In this document: piece after piece, positions 10,209-19,621 of the stretch
How positions within the stretch are numbered: position 1 is the first letter of the stretch
Layout of the letters: each line of letters starts with the position of its first letter
Source of the DNA: an uncultured Nitrospiraceae bacterium
Lineage (GTDB): Bacteria; Nitrospirota; Nitrospiria; Nitrospirales; Nitrospiraceae
Length of the DNA stretch: 64,000 nt
Reading direction: 5' to 3'
Assembly: GCA_963846575.1 (NCBI GenBank)
Contig: CAWJWJ010000001.1
Location: 352,001-416,000, forward strand
Position numbers and translations under genes: made by a program
Notes under the pieces: model-generated
Seen by the model: the letters and a program-made list of their open reading frames with translations, nothing else
The model's database searches: none
Told to the model about the DNA's origin: nothing

Positions 10209-11419
10209 CGACAGCACCTCAATCCACTCGCTGGTTTCATGCCCCGTTTCAGATCCCATCCTATGTGCGCCATCTCGTGACCTGTAGCCTGTTCACGCTC
10301 ACTCTCTGCCCGGCCGCCTCCGGAAACCATGATGTCCCGATCCCTCTGTCGGAAGAAGGGTTCGCGGCTTCCATCGAGCCGCGCATCTCCGGAACCCTGA
10401 AGGCAGGGAACGAAGCCGTCACCCATCACAACTTGGGACTCGTCCTGCTCTCAAGACAGGACATCAAGGCGGCCACCGACGAATTCCGGACCGCCATTCA
10501 ACTGAGCCCTGAGTTCTCGGACGCCTATCACGGGTTGGGTCTCTGCCTGATGAAAACGGGAGACATTCCCGGTGCAATTCAACGGTATCGGCAGGCCATC
10601 CAGTTTGACCCGCTCTATTCGCTGGCCCACACCAACCTCGCGTTGGCCTTGGAGATGGATGGCGACATCGACGCCGCGGTGGAAGAATACCGCGAGGCGA
10701 TTCGCCTGCGGCCGGACAACGCGGTGGCACACAACAATCTCGGGATAGCTCTCAAGTTCTTGGGTGACGTGGACGGAGCGATCGCCGAATATCGATTGGC
10801 GATCAAGAGCCGCCCCGACAGCGCCCCGGCGCACAACAACCTCGGGGTCGCGCTGCAATCGAAGGGCGACCTCCAAGCTGCGATTCTCTCGTACCAGGAG
10901 GCATTCCGGTTGCAGGCCGGCGCCGGTGCGGTCTTGTATGCGCTCAATCTGGGGATGGCGTTGCAGACCAGCGGCAAAGTCGACGGCGCGCTGGGACTCT
11001 ATCGCACCGTCGTGCGACTCAAGCCGGAGCTCGCCGAGGTCCACTACCAGCTGGGAACGGCATGGCAGGTCAAGCAGGACCCTGACAAGGCCATTGCGGC
11101 ATACCAGGAAGCCATCCGCCTGCGACCGGACTATGCAGACGCCTATGCAGGACTGGGCACCGCCTACCAGTTAAAGGGCGATTCCGATCAGGCGCTGGCA
11201 AACTTGCAACGGGCCACTAACCTGCATACGGTAGCGGCGCTGATGCATTATCGATCCGGCATGAAATCCCTGGTCGCCGGAAAGCCGCGCAAAGCCGGAC
11301 ATGCCTTGGCGGAATTTCTCCGCTTGATCCCGGACAATCCCGATACACACGACAAAATCGTCACGGCCAAAAACATGCTGAGTGAACTCACCGAGCCGGC
11401 GCACAAGGACGCGCCATGA
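10205..11419 (+). CDS. tetratricopeptide-repeat protein, probably exported
   Basis: About 8-9 34-aa TPR units (AHNNLG...G..D.AI..YR.AI.L.P); ATGA overlap with LapA. Confidence 0.92.
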   Translation: MTTAPQSTRWFHAPFQIPSYVRHLVTCSLFTLTLCPAASGNHDVPIPLSEEGFAASIEPRISGTLKAGNEAVTHHNLGLVLLSRQDIKAATDEFRTAIQLSPEFSDAYHGLGLCLMKTGDIPGAIQRYRQAIQFDPLYSLAHTNLALALEMDGDIDAAVEEYREAIRLRPDNAVAHNNLGIALKFLGDVDGAIAEYRLAIKSRPDSAPAHNNLGVALQSKGDLQAAILSYQEAFRLQAGAGAVLYALNLGMALQTSGKVDGALGLYRTVVRLKPELAEVHYQLGTAWQVKQDPDKAIAAYQEAIRLRPDYADAYAGLGTAYQLKGDSDQALANLQRATNLHTVAALMHYRSGMKSLVAGKPRKAGHALAEFLRLIPDNPDTHDKIVTAKNMLSELTEPAHKDAP

Positions 11420-11453
11420 CCCGATCGCGCTTCGGCCTTCTGGATGAGGGGTT

Positions 11454-12696
11454 GTGGACAGAGGGATAATTCGCGGTTGGCGCATTTTCGCCTGTGTCAT
11501 TACAATGACGATGCTGCCCTTGGCAGGCTGTCTCTCGCCCATTGCCCTGCACGAAGCGGTCCTGGAGTACGACCGCGCGGCCAACAGAATCCAATCGGAC
11601 ATGTTGCTGCTGAACATCGCGCGGGCGCATCATTTTCAACCCCTGCACTTCACCGCCGTTTCCAGTGTCGCCGCCACCTTCGATTTTACCGCCAACATCG
11701 GCATCTTACCTTCACAGGTGGAGCGCACCCCCTCGCCCGTCGCGCCGGGACTCGGCGTCAGCGTGGCCGAACGACCGACCATTACCATCGTACCGATCGA
11801 AGGGGAGGATTTTACCCGTCGCATCCTGGCCCCGATGGACTCTTCCCGGCTCTCGGCACTCTTTCAACAGGGGGCTGACTTCGGCCTGCTCTTTCGGCTG
11901 ATGGCCAAAGAAATTGCGGTGAGCGGATATGGGGAATCCCAATATCTGAGAAACGATCCGATCGACCGTGAACAGTATGTCGCCTTCCGCCGGAGGGTCC
12001 TCCATCTCTCATCTTTGAATCTTGCCCGTTCCCTGTATGTCGGACCGATTGTGTTCGAAGACGCGCTTCCCATCACCATCTCACCGAAAATGCCGTCGGG
12101 AGAGGGGCTGGCCGGACTCGACAAAGTCATCATGGCCCAGGACAAGGGATACTACTGGAACTCCCACTCCAGCGACGGCACCGTCGTGCTGACGAAACAG
12201 GTCATTGGGTCGCATTGCGATCACCAACTACGACATCAGCAAACTGCCCAACGAGGTCCGCCGTCGGCTGAATGAGGAAGCGAATCAGCTCCCGCAAAAT
12301 GCCGTGCTTATTGATGTCCGTCCGGGCGACCCGGGCGGGGACTTTCCGATGCATGGGTATTTTACCCTGAGAAGCTTCCACGCCATGATGCGGTTCATTG
12401 CCAACGGCATCGACGTGGCCCCGGAATTTCATGTCGAGAAGGATGCCCGAACCGGGGAAATCGCCAAAAACCCGCCATGGACCCTCCTGATCGAAGAGAC
12501 GGACAAGCGACCTGCCGAGGCGGCCTTCGCCATTCGCCATGAAGGTCGCTGGTATTCGATCCGCAGGGCTCCCCAGGTGGAAGGACTCACGTTTCCATGG
12601 AATCAGGAAGCGTTCCGTCTCTTGAATCACCTGTATCAGATGACCGTGACCGAGCTGCGGGATGTCCCCACGCCCGCGATTACCATTGCCAAGTAA
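11454..12696 (+). pseudogene. lipoprotein gene split by a one-base insertion
   Basis: Lipobox PLAGC; ORFs 11454-12275 and 12205-12696 join as KQVIG-RIAITNYD if one G of GGG at 12207-12209 is removed. Confidence 0.7.
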
Positions 12697-12771
12697 ACTC
12701 TCCATCGAGGAGTCCTCCCGCCGCATGGAACGGCGGGCTCGAGCGGCCTCTGAACCCCACAGGAGATCCCC

Positions 12772-13311
12772 ATGCGGAAATGTGTGATGCCATCCCTCCT
12801 CCTCTGGATATTAGGCTGCGTGGTGGCGACATCATGGACGCTGTCCCCCGGGGCGACGGCGCAGCCGGCGGAAGGGCTCACGGCACCCGGCACGGCCTCT
12901 AAGACTGTGAAAGGAGAGTTGGTCCGGATCGAAGGACGCTACTACGTGCTCAAGGACGACCAGGGAAAGGAAATGCACCTGCTCGTTAGTCCGGATACCG
13001 TGGCCAAGGGCTCCTTCAAGACAGGAGATCGTATCGAAGTATCCGCCTCACCGATTGAGCATGCGATGTTCATCAAACCTCTCTCGCAGCGGCACGTGGA
13101 AATTGATTTGGAGGCCGCGACGCGCACGATTCGCGGCCGCCTCATCAAAATAGAAGGGAAGTACTACGTCTTGAAGGATGCCGCAGGCCATGAGTATCGC
13201 CTGCTCGTCACCGCGAGCACTGAAATGGTGGGAGCATTCGATCCGGGTGACGATCTTGAGATCGCAGTATCACCCGTTGAACATGCCATGAGCATCCGGG
13301 CGAATCCCTGA
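12772..13311 (+). CDS. exported protein with two tandem ~60-aa beta-rich repeats (OB-fold-like)
   Basis: AGGAG RBS, signal peptide; repeats VKGELVRIEGRYYVLKD...SPIEHAMFI and IRGRLIKIEGKYYVLKD...SPVEHAMSI. Confidence 0.85.
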   Translation: MRKCVMPSLLLWILGCVVATSWTLSPGATAQPAEGLTAPGTASKTVKGELVRIEGRYYVLKDDQGKEMHLLVSPDTVAKGSFKTGDRIEVSASPIEHAMFIKPLSQRHVEIDLEAATRTIRGRLIKIEGKYYVLKDAAGHEYRLLVTASTEMVGAFDPGDDLEIAVSPVEHAMSIRANP

Positions 13312-13370
13312 TCAGATCGAAGCATGAGGTTGCCGGACTGGTCACGTGAGTGGCGAACGCCGGGAGACAC

Positions 13371-14615
13371 TTAAGTTGCGCCGGTCCTCTGTCCACGAGG
13401 GCGAACCAGACGCCCGATGGTCAAGCCCTGCACGAGTATCGAAAACACCACTACGGCATAGGTAATGGTGACGATCGCGTTCCGCGGTTCTCCCTGCGGA
13501 ATCGACAGCGCCAGGGCCACCGAGATCCCGCCACGCAAACCTCCCCAGGTCAGCACGGCGATGGTTCGTTCGCTGAATTCGCGGACCAGACTGAAGAGTT
13601 TGATTTGCACGCCGACACTGAGGAATCTGGCCAGGAGCACAATCGGAATGGCCATGAGGCCTGCCAGGACATAGGGCCGTTCCAGACTCAGGACCAACAC
13701 TTCGAGGCCGATGAGGACGAACAGCACCGCGTTCAGTAACTCATCCACCAATTCCCAGAAATCATCGAGGTGCTCACGGGTCTTGTCTGACATGGCCCAC
13801 CGGCGGCCATGATTGCCGATGAAGAGCCCCGCAACCACAACCACGATCGGTCCTGACGTGTGCAGGGCATCCGCCAGCGCAAAGCCGCCCAGGACGAGCG
13901 CCAACGTGATCAGGATCTCGACCTGATAGTTATCTACCGACTTCAACATGCGGTAGGCGACATAGCCCAGCGCCCAGCCGAGCACAGCACCGCCGATGGC
14001 TTCCTCAATCAGCAGGGTAACGACGCCGAGCGCGGTGATGGAGCTCGGAGGAAGCAGGCTCAACAATACGATAAACACCACGACTCCGACACCGTCGTTA
14101 AAAAGCGATTCGCCGACGATTTTTACTTCCAGAGGTTTAGGCAGGCGGGCTTCTTTCAGAATACCCATCACGGCAATGGGATCGGTGGGTGCGATGAGCG
14201 CCCCGAACAGCAGGCAGTAGATCAGCGGGAGATCAAGCCCGGCAAAATTGAACAAATAATATCCCAGGGATCCGGTGACGACTGTCGATAGCACCACGCC
14301 GACGGACGCCAGCGCTCCGACCACCCACTTCTGATCCAACAATTCGGACAGATTAAGGTGCAACGCTCCGGCAAACAAGAGACAGCCCAACATGCCATGC
14401 ATGAGCGCTTCATTGAAATCGATGCCCATGATGAACCGTTTGGCCCCGTTTTCAATCCCGATTCCCAGCTTACCTAGCAACACCACCATGAGAGACAGGA
14501 CCAACGAAATGACCATGAGGCCAATCGTCTTGGGTAGCTTGAACAAGCGGTGGTTTACATAGCTGAAGACCGCTGCCAGGCAAACTAAGATGGTAATCGT
14601 GTGGATAAAGCTCAT
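13371..14615 (-). CDS. nhaP: CPA1 Na+(K+)/H+ antiporter
   Basis: FGALIAPTDPIAV, GESLFNDG, WGGLRGGISVALALS. Confidence 0.92.
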   Translation of the reverse strand: MSFIHTITILVCLAAVFSYVNHRLFKLPKTIGLMVISLVLSLMVVLLGKLGIGIENGAKRFIMGIDFNEALMHGMLGCLLFAGALHLNLSELLDQKWVVGALASVGVVLSTVVTGSLGYYLFNFAGLDLPLIYCLLFGALIAPTDPIAVMGILKEARLPKPLEVKIVGESLFNDGVGVVVFIVLLSLLPPSSITALGVVTLLIEEAIGGAVLGWALGYVAYRMLKSVDNYQVEILITLALVLGGFALADALHTSGPIVVVVAGLFIGNHGRRWAMSDKTREHLDDFWELVDELLNAVLFVLIGLEVLVLSLERPYVLAGLMAIPIVLLARFLSVGVQIKLFSLVREFSERTIAVLTWGGLRGGISVALALSIPQGEPRNAIVTITYAVVVFSILVQGLTIGRLVRPRGQRTGAT

Positions 14616-14886
14616 AGAAATTGTCGCAGAAGGTTCACTGCCCGGTTGACGGTTTCGGGGCGACTGCAGCGGTCGACTGAACAACGCCCGTTCTCTCTCT
14701 GCCGGCGTTCCTGTTTCGCATAGTCATGTCTACGTGCCACCATACTGCGGAGGAGAGGGTTGCACAATCCATTTTTCCTTGCATGCCGAATCCCCGGTGC
14801 GTTCATCGGGCGGGATGGGCGACCCTTCTCACGGCAGCGAGGTGACCGCGAGAACCGGTGCGCTGCGCGCACGCCGTGATCGTGGG

Positions 14887-15720
14887 CTATCGGTCCAGTG
14901 GAATATACATCTCGCCCACCAGCTTTTGCCCCTGGGGAGAGAGGGCCAGGTCGAGGAAGGCTCTGACCAGCGGCGAGGGCTGCGGCTTCGTCAAAAACAA
15001 CAGCGGGCGTTTCAGGCGATACTGTCCCGAGCGGAGGGTGGACGTCGCCGGTTCGACCCCGTCAATCAGGAGGATCCGGACAGATATTCCGTACGTCATC
15101 GCATCCAGCGCCGCCTTCAGGGAAAGAAATCCGATGGCATCCAGTTGTCCTGACACACGGCTGAGAACTTTCTGGTCGGAACGGATCGGCTCGGCTGCCT
15201 CGGGAATGCGGCTGACGACGCCGAGTGACCGCTCGAATCCGTCGGTGAGATTTTGATCGTCCGGGCGCACCACCAGTCGCACCCTGCCTGACGCCCTCTC
15301 GTCGAGTTCCGCCCAGTCCCGAACCGTTCCTGAAAACAGAGACGCCGCTTGGTCTGTCGTGAGGTCGGACACGGGATTGGAGAAATTCACGATCACGGCC
15401 AGCCCATCCCAGGCGACGGGAGTCGCCAACAAATCGGGTTCCTCCCTGCCACCGACCGCAAGATCGGCCTCGCCGTCCTTCACCATTTCGCCGGTGCGAA
15501 AATTCCGGTTCCAGCGAATGTCCACCGACGTGCCGATGTGCGCCTTCTCAAAGGCTTGAGCCAGTTCCTCGATCACGGGCCGCTCCGGACCTCGACCGGC
15601 GACGGTGATAGTGCCTCGCAATTCACCCGCGAGCCCCTCCGATGACAGGAAACTCGATACCAGTAGGAACGCCCAGATCCAACGGTCAGATGGATGAGCA
15701 CGAAAGCGGGACGTGTTCAT
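14887..15720 (-). CDS. PstS-like periplasmic substrate-binding protein (no ABC partner genes adjacent)
   Basis: Signal peptide, LRGTITVAG, VAWDGLAVIVN..NPV, G..Y.L.RPL. Confidence 0.8.
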   Translation of the reverse strand: MNTSRFRAHPSDRWIWAFLLVSSFLSSEGLAGELRGTITVAGRGPERPVIEELAQAFEKAHIGTSVDIRWNRNFRTGEMVKDGEADLAVGGREEPDLLATPVAWDGLAVIVNFSNPVSDLTTDQAASLFSGTVRDWAELDERASGRVRLVVRPDDQNLTDGFERSLGVVSRIPEAAEPIRSDQKVLSRVSGQLDAIGFLSLKAALDAMTYGISVRILLIDGVEPATSTLRSGQYRLKRPLLFLTKPQPSPLVRAFLDLALSPQGQKLVGEMYIPLDR

Positions 15721-16184
15721 TTTCCTTACACTCCAGGATGGCGAGACGAATCGGTTCCCACATCGTCGTTGCTGAGGCGTCGAGGTTCCTCTGGGCCGGA
15801 CCACCGGCCTCAAAGCGGGAATCGCAGCGAGCGGATCATAGCATTAACGCAGACGTTACGGTGAGTCCGGATGAGATACCCGGGCGCGTAGGTTATACAT
15901 TCGATGCCGGTGCCTATCCGCGAGAGAATCGAGCCATCCCCCCGCCCACATCCGCATCGGCCTCGCCGGCCTGGGGCAGCAAGGGGCAGGCACAGCCAGG
16001 ACCCTGCCCGAATACTTCCCATGCATGGTGTGATCATCATACGGCTCTCAGGCGAACCATCTGGCATGTACGTACCATCTGGTGCGCAACGCGTTGATCG
16101 GGGGAGTGGTCGCGCCCTTGGGACGCCCCTGGATTGCCTGAGTCGGGTCGATTCAACCACGCGACTGCCTTTCGAACGTCGCCG

Positions 16185-16434
16185 CGGGCCATCCGTGAGT
16201 CCGGACTCCGGCGGGAGGTCAACCGGCTTCAGAAAGAGGTGCACAAGGAAAACAACTTCCACCAGATTCTCGGAACAAGTCAGTCGATGCAAGCCGTGTT
16301 CGACCTGATCAAGCGCGTAACTGACAGCCCCGCCAATGTCTTGGTTAACGGCGAAAGGGGCACGGGAAAGGAGCTGATCGCCAAGGCCATTCACTACAAC
16401 AGCGACCGGCGCGATGCCCTTCGTTCCCGTCAAT
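16185..16434 (+). pseudogene. internal fragment of an NtrC-like sigma-54-dependent activator
   Basis: ILGTSQSMQAVFDLIKRV...VLVNGERGTGKELIAKAIH..S.R, then a frameshift into PFVPVN and loss of similarity; no REC, GAFTGA or HTH. Confidence 0.85.
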
Positions 16435-16613
16435 TCCACGCCCCCAACCGGCCTGCCAATTACCAGATTCCCGACATTTCCGCCTCATTTTCCCGTCAGC
16501 TATGGTGTCTCCACCATGCTTTGTGTACAATTCTCCCGCGCCCGGGATTTCGATCGGGAGCATCGTACGAAGTCCATCTGGCATCCTGTCCCACCCTTCT
16601 GCCAGGAGATACG

Positions 16614-18353
16614 ATGTATACGAATCATCCTCTACAGCAGTCCGACTCCCAGCAGGAAGCGACGCCTGATCGTACATCTGCGCCGACTCTTCCCGACGGG
16701 ACTGAGACGGCTGGCCTACTCGCGGCCTTGCGAGAGAAAACGGCAGCGCTCGAAGCGGAGGTGGCACGGCGACAACTCTCAGAGGAGCGTCTGCGTCGGC
16801 GGGATGCAGAAATGGCAGACTTTCTCGAAAATGCCGTTGAGAGTCTCCATCAAGTCGGACCCGATGGCACGATTATGTGGGCCAATAAGGCCGAACTGAG
16901 TATGCTGGGATTTGAAGCGCACGAATACATCGGACATAACATTACTGAATTCCATGCCGACCAACACGCCATCGCTGATATCTTGCGCCGCTTGCTCAAG
17001 GGCGAAACATTACACAACTACCCAGCCCGTTTGCGCTGCAAGGACGGGTCCATCAAGGACGTGCTGATTCATTCGAACGTGCGGTGGGAAGAGGGCGCCT
17101 TCAGTTATACCCGTTGTTTCACACGTGACATTACCGAGCGCAAGCGCTTGGAAACCGAGTTAGATCGGCGCGTAGAGGACCGCACGCGAGAACTGGTGGA
17201 GTCTCACCGGAAGCTCAGAACCTTAGCCGCGGAATTGAGCCTTGCGGAAAATCGGGTGCGTAAAACGCTGGCCAGTGAGCTGCACGATTATCTGGCTCAA
17301 CTTCTGATTGTCACCCGCCTGAAACTGGGACAGGCCACAGTCGAAGCCAAGCCGCATCCCAAACTCCAACAATTGTTGGAGGGCGCCGACGGGGTGCTCA
17401 ACGACGCGATCACCTACACGCGCTCCTTGATGGCGGAACTCAATCCGCCGATTCTGGGGTGCGGCCTACCCATGGGCCTGAAATGGTTAGCGGAGAAGTT
17501 TCGCGCCCATCACATTGACGTGCAGGTGGATATCCCGGAGTCCCTCGATCTGCAGCTTTCCGAGAATCAGTCCGGATTACTCTTTCAGTGCATTCGAGAA
17601 TTGCTGATGAATGTCGTGAAGCATGCCGAGACCGATCGAGCCACGATCACCTTGACTCGTACGGCTGAGCATGTGTCCGTTCATGTATCAGACAGTGGCA
17701 AAGGCTTCGGCCCTTCCGCGATACCCACAACGTTGAGCACGGACCAGTCCCTGACACAATTCGGTCTATTCAGTATTCGAGAACGCATGGAGGCACTGGG
17801 CGGTCGTCTGGACGTACAGTCGGGTCCCGATCAAGGAACCAGAGCGAGCCTGATACTGCCGTTAGCGGAGGCTGAACCCACGCTCCCTGTTCATGACGTC
17901 AGGACTGCGCCTCACGGCCTTGCCGGCATGAAATCGAGGGATTCCAACGCCTCCCTACGTATCCTCCTCGTTGATGACCACGCAATGGTGCGGGAAGGCC
18001 TGCGTGAGGTGTTGGAGGGTTATGCCGACATACAAGTCGTGGGTGAGGCCGCCGATGGGGAAGAGGCGATCGCTAAAGCGGACGCCCTCGTCCCGGACGT
18101 GGTCGTTATGGACATCAATCTGCCCAGAATAAATGGCATCGAGGCCACGAGGGAAATCAAGGCCCGAATTCCGCACACCATCGTCATAGGCCTATCGGTG
18201 CACCAGGCCAGCCAGGTTGAATTCGCACTCAAAGAAGCTGGCGGGTCGGCCTACGTGACCAAGGATTCCGCAGCCGCCTCGCTCTACGAAGCGATTCAAA
18301 TCGCAGTACAGCAGAGTCGCCCGCCGACCCTGCACGGCCGTGCTGAGTCATAG
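16614..18353 (+). CDS. cytoplasmic hybrid histidine kinase PAS-HisKA_3-HATPase-REC
   Basis: AGGAG RBS before ATG 16614; PAS/PAC (RDITERK), ELHDYLAQ, NVVKHA, FGLFSIRER, C-terminal REC (VDDH, MDINLP). Confidence 0.9.
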   Translation: MYTNHPLQQSDSQQEATPDRTSAPTLPDGTETAGLLAALREKTAALEAEVARRQLSEERLRRRDAEMADFLENAVESLHQVGPDGTIMWANKAELSMLGFEAHEYIGHNITEFHADQHAIADILRRLLKGETLHNYPARLRCKDGSIKDVLIHSNVRWEEGAFSYTRCFTRDITERKRLETELDRRVEDRTRELVESHRKLRTLAAELSLAENRVRKTLASELHDYLAQLLIVTRLKLGQATVEAKPHPKLQQLLEGADGVLNDAITYTRSLMAELNPPILGCGLPMGLKWLAEKFRAHHIDVQVDIPESLDLQLSENQSGLLFQCIRELLMNVVKHAETDRATITLTRTAEHVSVHVSDSGKGFGPSAIPTTLSTDQSLTQFGLFSIRERMEALGGRLDVQSGPDQGTRASLILPLAEAEPTLPVHDVRTAPHGLAGMKSRDSNASLRILLVDDHAMVREGLREVLEGYADIQVVGEAADGEEAIAKADALVPDVVVMDINLPRINGIEATREIKARIPHTIVIGLSVHQASQVEFALKEAGGSAYVTKDSAAASLYEAIQIAVQQSRPPTLHGRAES

Positions 18354-18751
18354 TCATACCTGAATGCACGATCGCGTCCACCCGCCTGTATTCACCCTCA
18401 GTTCCTCCCTTTCGAATGCAACGCCTGCCACTACCAGTTTTTTGTTCGTGATCCTGTCGCGAACTCGTGTTGCGCGATGAACCGATAATCCTTCCTTTAG
18501 CTGCCAGATGACCCAGGCGCGGGAATCCCCGCTCGTCAAATGATGGCGAGGCGACTTTACACCATCGACGGTCCGTCATCGAAGACCTACCGATCGTTCG
18601 AAATCACGTTTTAGCTGGCGACCAGCGACGGATGCGATAGATTTTTAGCTTGGGGCCAGGAATGGGAGAACCGTGAGCACAACATGCGCCCAGAGGGGCG
18701 AACAGCAACTTCACTGAATGCTCCCGGCTGATCATTCCACCCCTGCAGCCC

Positions 18752-18988
18752 ATGCCTCAATGGGCTCGATACAAATCAAAACCCTTGGACTGGAGTGACT
18801 TCGAGATGCCGGTTAATCACGTAAAAGCTTTGGCATTGACACAGAAACACCGAAACGCGTTTTGCTTTGGATGCGGACAAAGACCCGCGGACGCTCCGGC
18901 CGATACGATGTGGACGATCTGGACGGCCGATATGTTCTACTGTCCCGCCTGCGCGAAGGAGGAAGGCATCGGCCCGGATATGTACTGA
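18752..18988 (+). CDS. small hypothetical protein with two CxxC motifs
   Basis: CFGC...YCPAC. Confidence 0.6.
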   Translation: MPQWARYKSKPLDWSDFEMPVNHVKALALTQKHRNAFCFGCGQRPADAPADTMWTIWTADMFYCPACAKEEGIGPDMY

Positions 18989-19199
18989 TCTTGACCGCAC
19001 CCGCTGATGGAACCGTCGTTCGGGCGGGGAGGAGGTAGTGAACACTGGCTCTCAGTTCCTGAGCCGGCGAGGATCCCGGCATGGGGGTTGCCCATTGTAT
19101 TCTTCCACTCGCCTCGGACATCTCCATGGCAGGGTCTTTGGACTGTTCGGGCGCACTGAATCGGGGGGATCGACAGGGACGGGAGTGAACCCGCCTCAT

Positions 19200-19410
19200 C
19201 GAAAAATTTCCAAAGCCATACCTGATCGACGGCCGGCAGCTCGACACATTCCTCACCCAACGAACCTGGGGTCCCTGACTTCCCTCCGGCCGATCGACCC
19301 TCAGGGACCATTGACCGACCGGCAAATAAGTCCGCAATCTATTACCGCGGATGATTCCGGATGCTTAGGTGTCCGAATGGTGCAGCCGCTGGTGAAAGTG
19401 GCCTCAAGGC
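19200..19410 (-). pseudogene. decayed PilZ-domain gene
   Basis: Across frames: LS/TSGCTI, LRTYLPVGQWSLRVDR, VRWV, ELPAVDQVWLWKFF, matching PilZ motif order and the intact ORF at 25803. Confidence 0.55.
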
Positions 19411-19621
19411 AAGGCTTGCCAGTGCTTTATCTGCGGCGTTCGCCCCCGCGTGGGGCCGTTATTCGAAATCCGTGATCTTAGGGCGGCACGCCATAGGTTA
19501 TTCGCGTCTGTCCTTGTTTTTACAATTCGGTTGGTCAAATGCAACTCCGTCGGTAAAGTATTGTTCACGGGTCGCCTTCCATCAGATCTGATTGGTCCAC
19601 CGCAGGGAGTCTTCACCCTCG

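Noticed and set aside
10420..11220. Periodic ~102-bp DNA similarity
   Set aside because: Explained by TPR protein repeats; not a CRISPR array
16134..18353. 739-aa sigma54-AAA/histidine kinase fusion
   Set aside because: AAA part is a truncated, frameshifted fragment; linker is non-protein-like; the kinase has its own RBS and ATG at 16614
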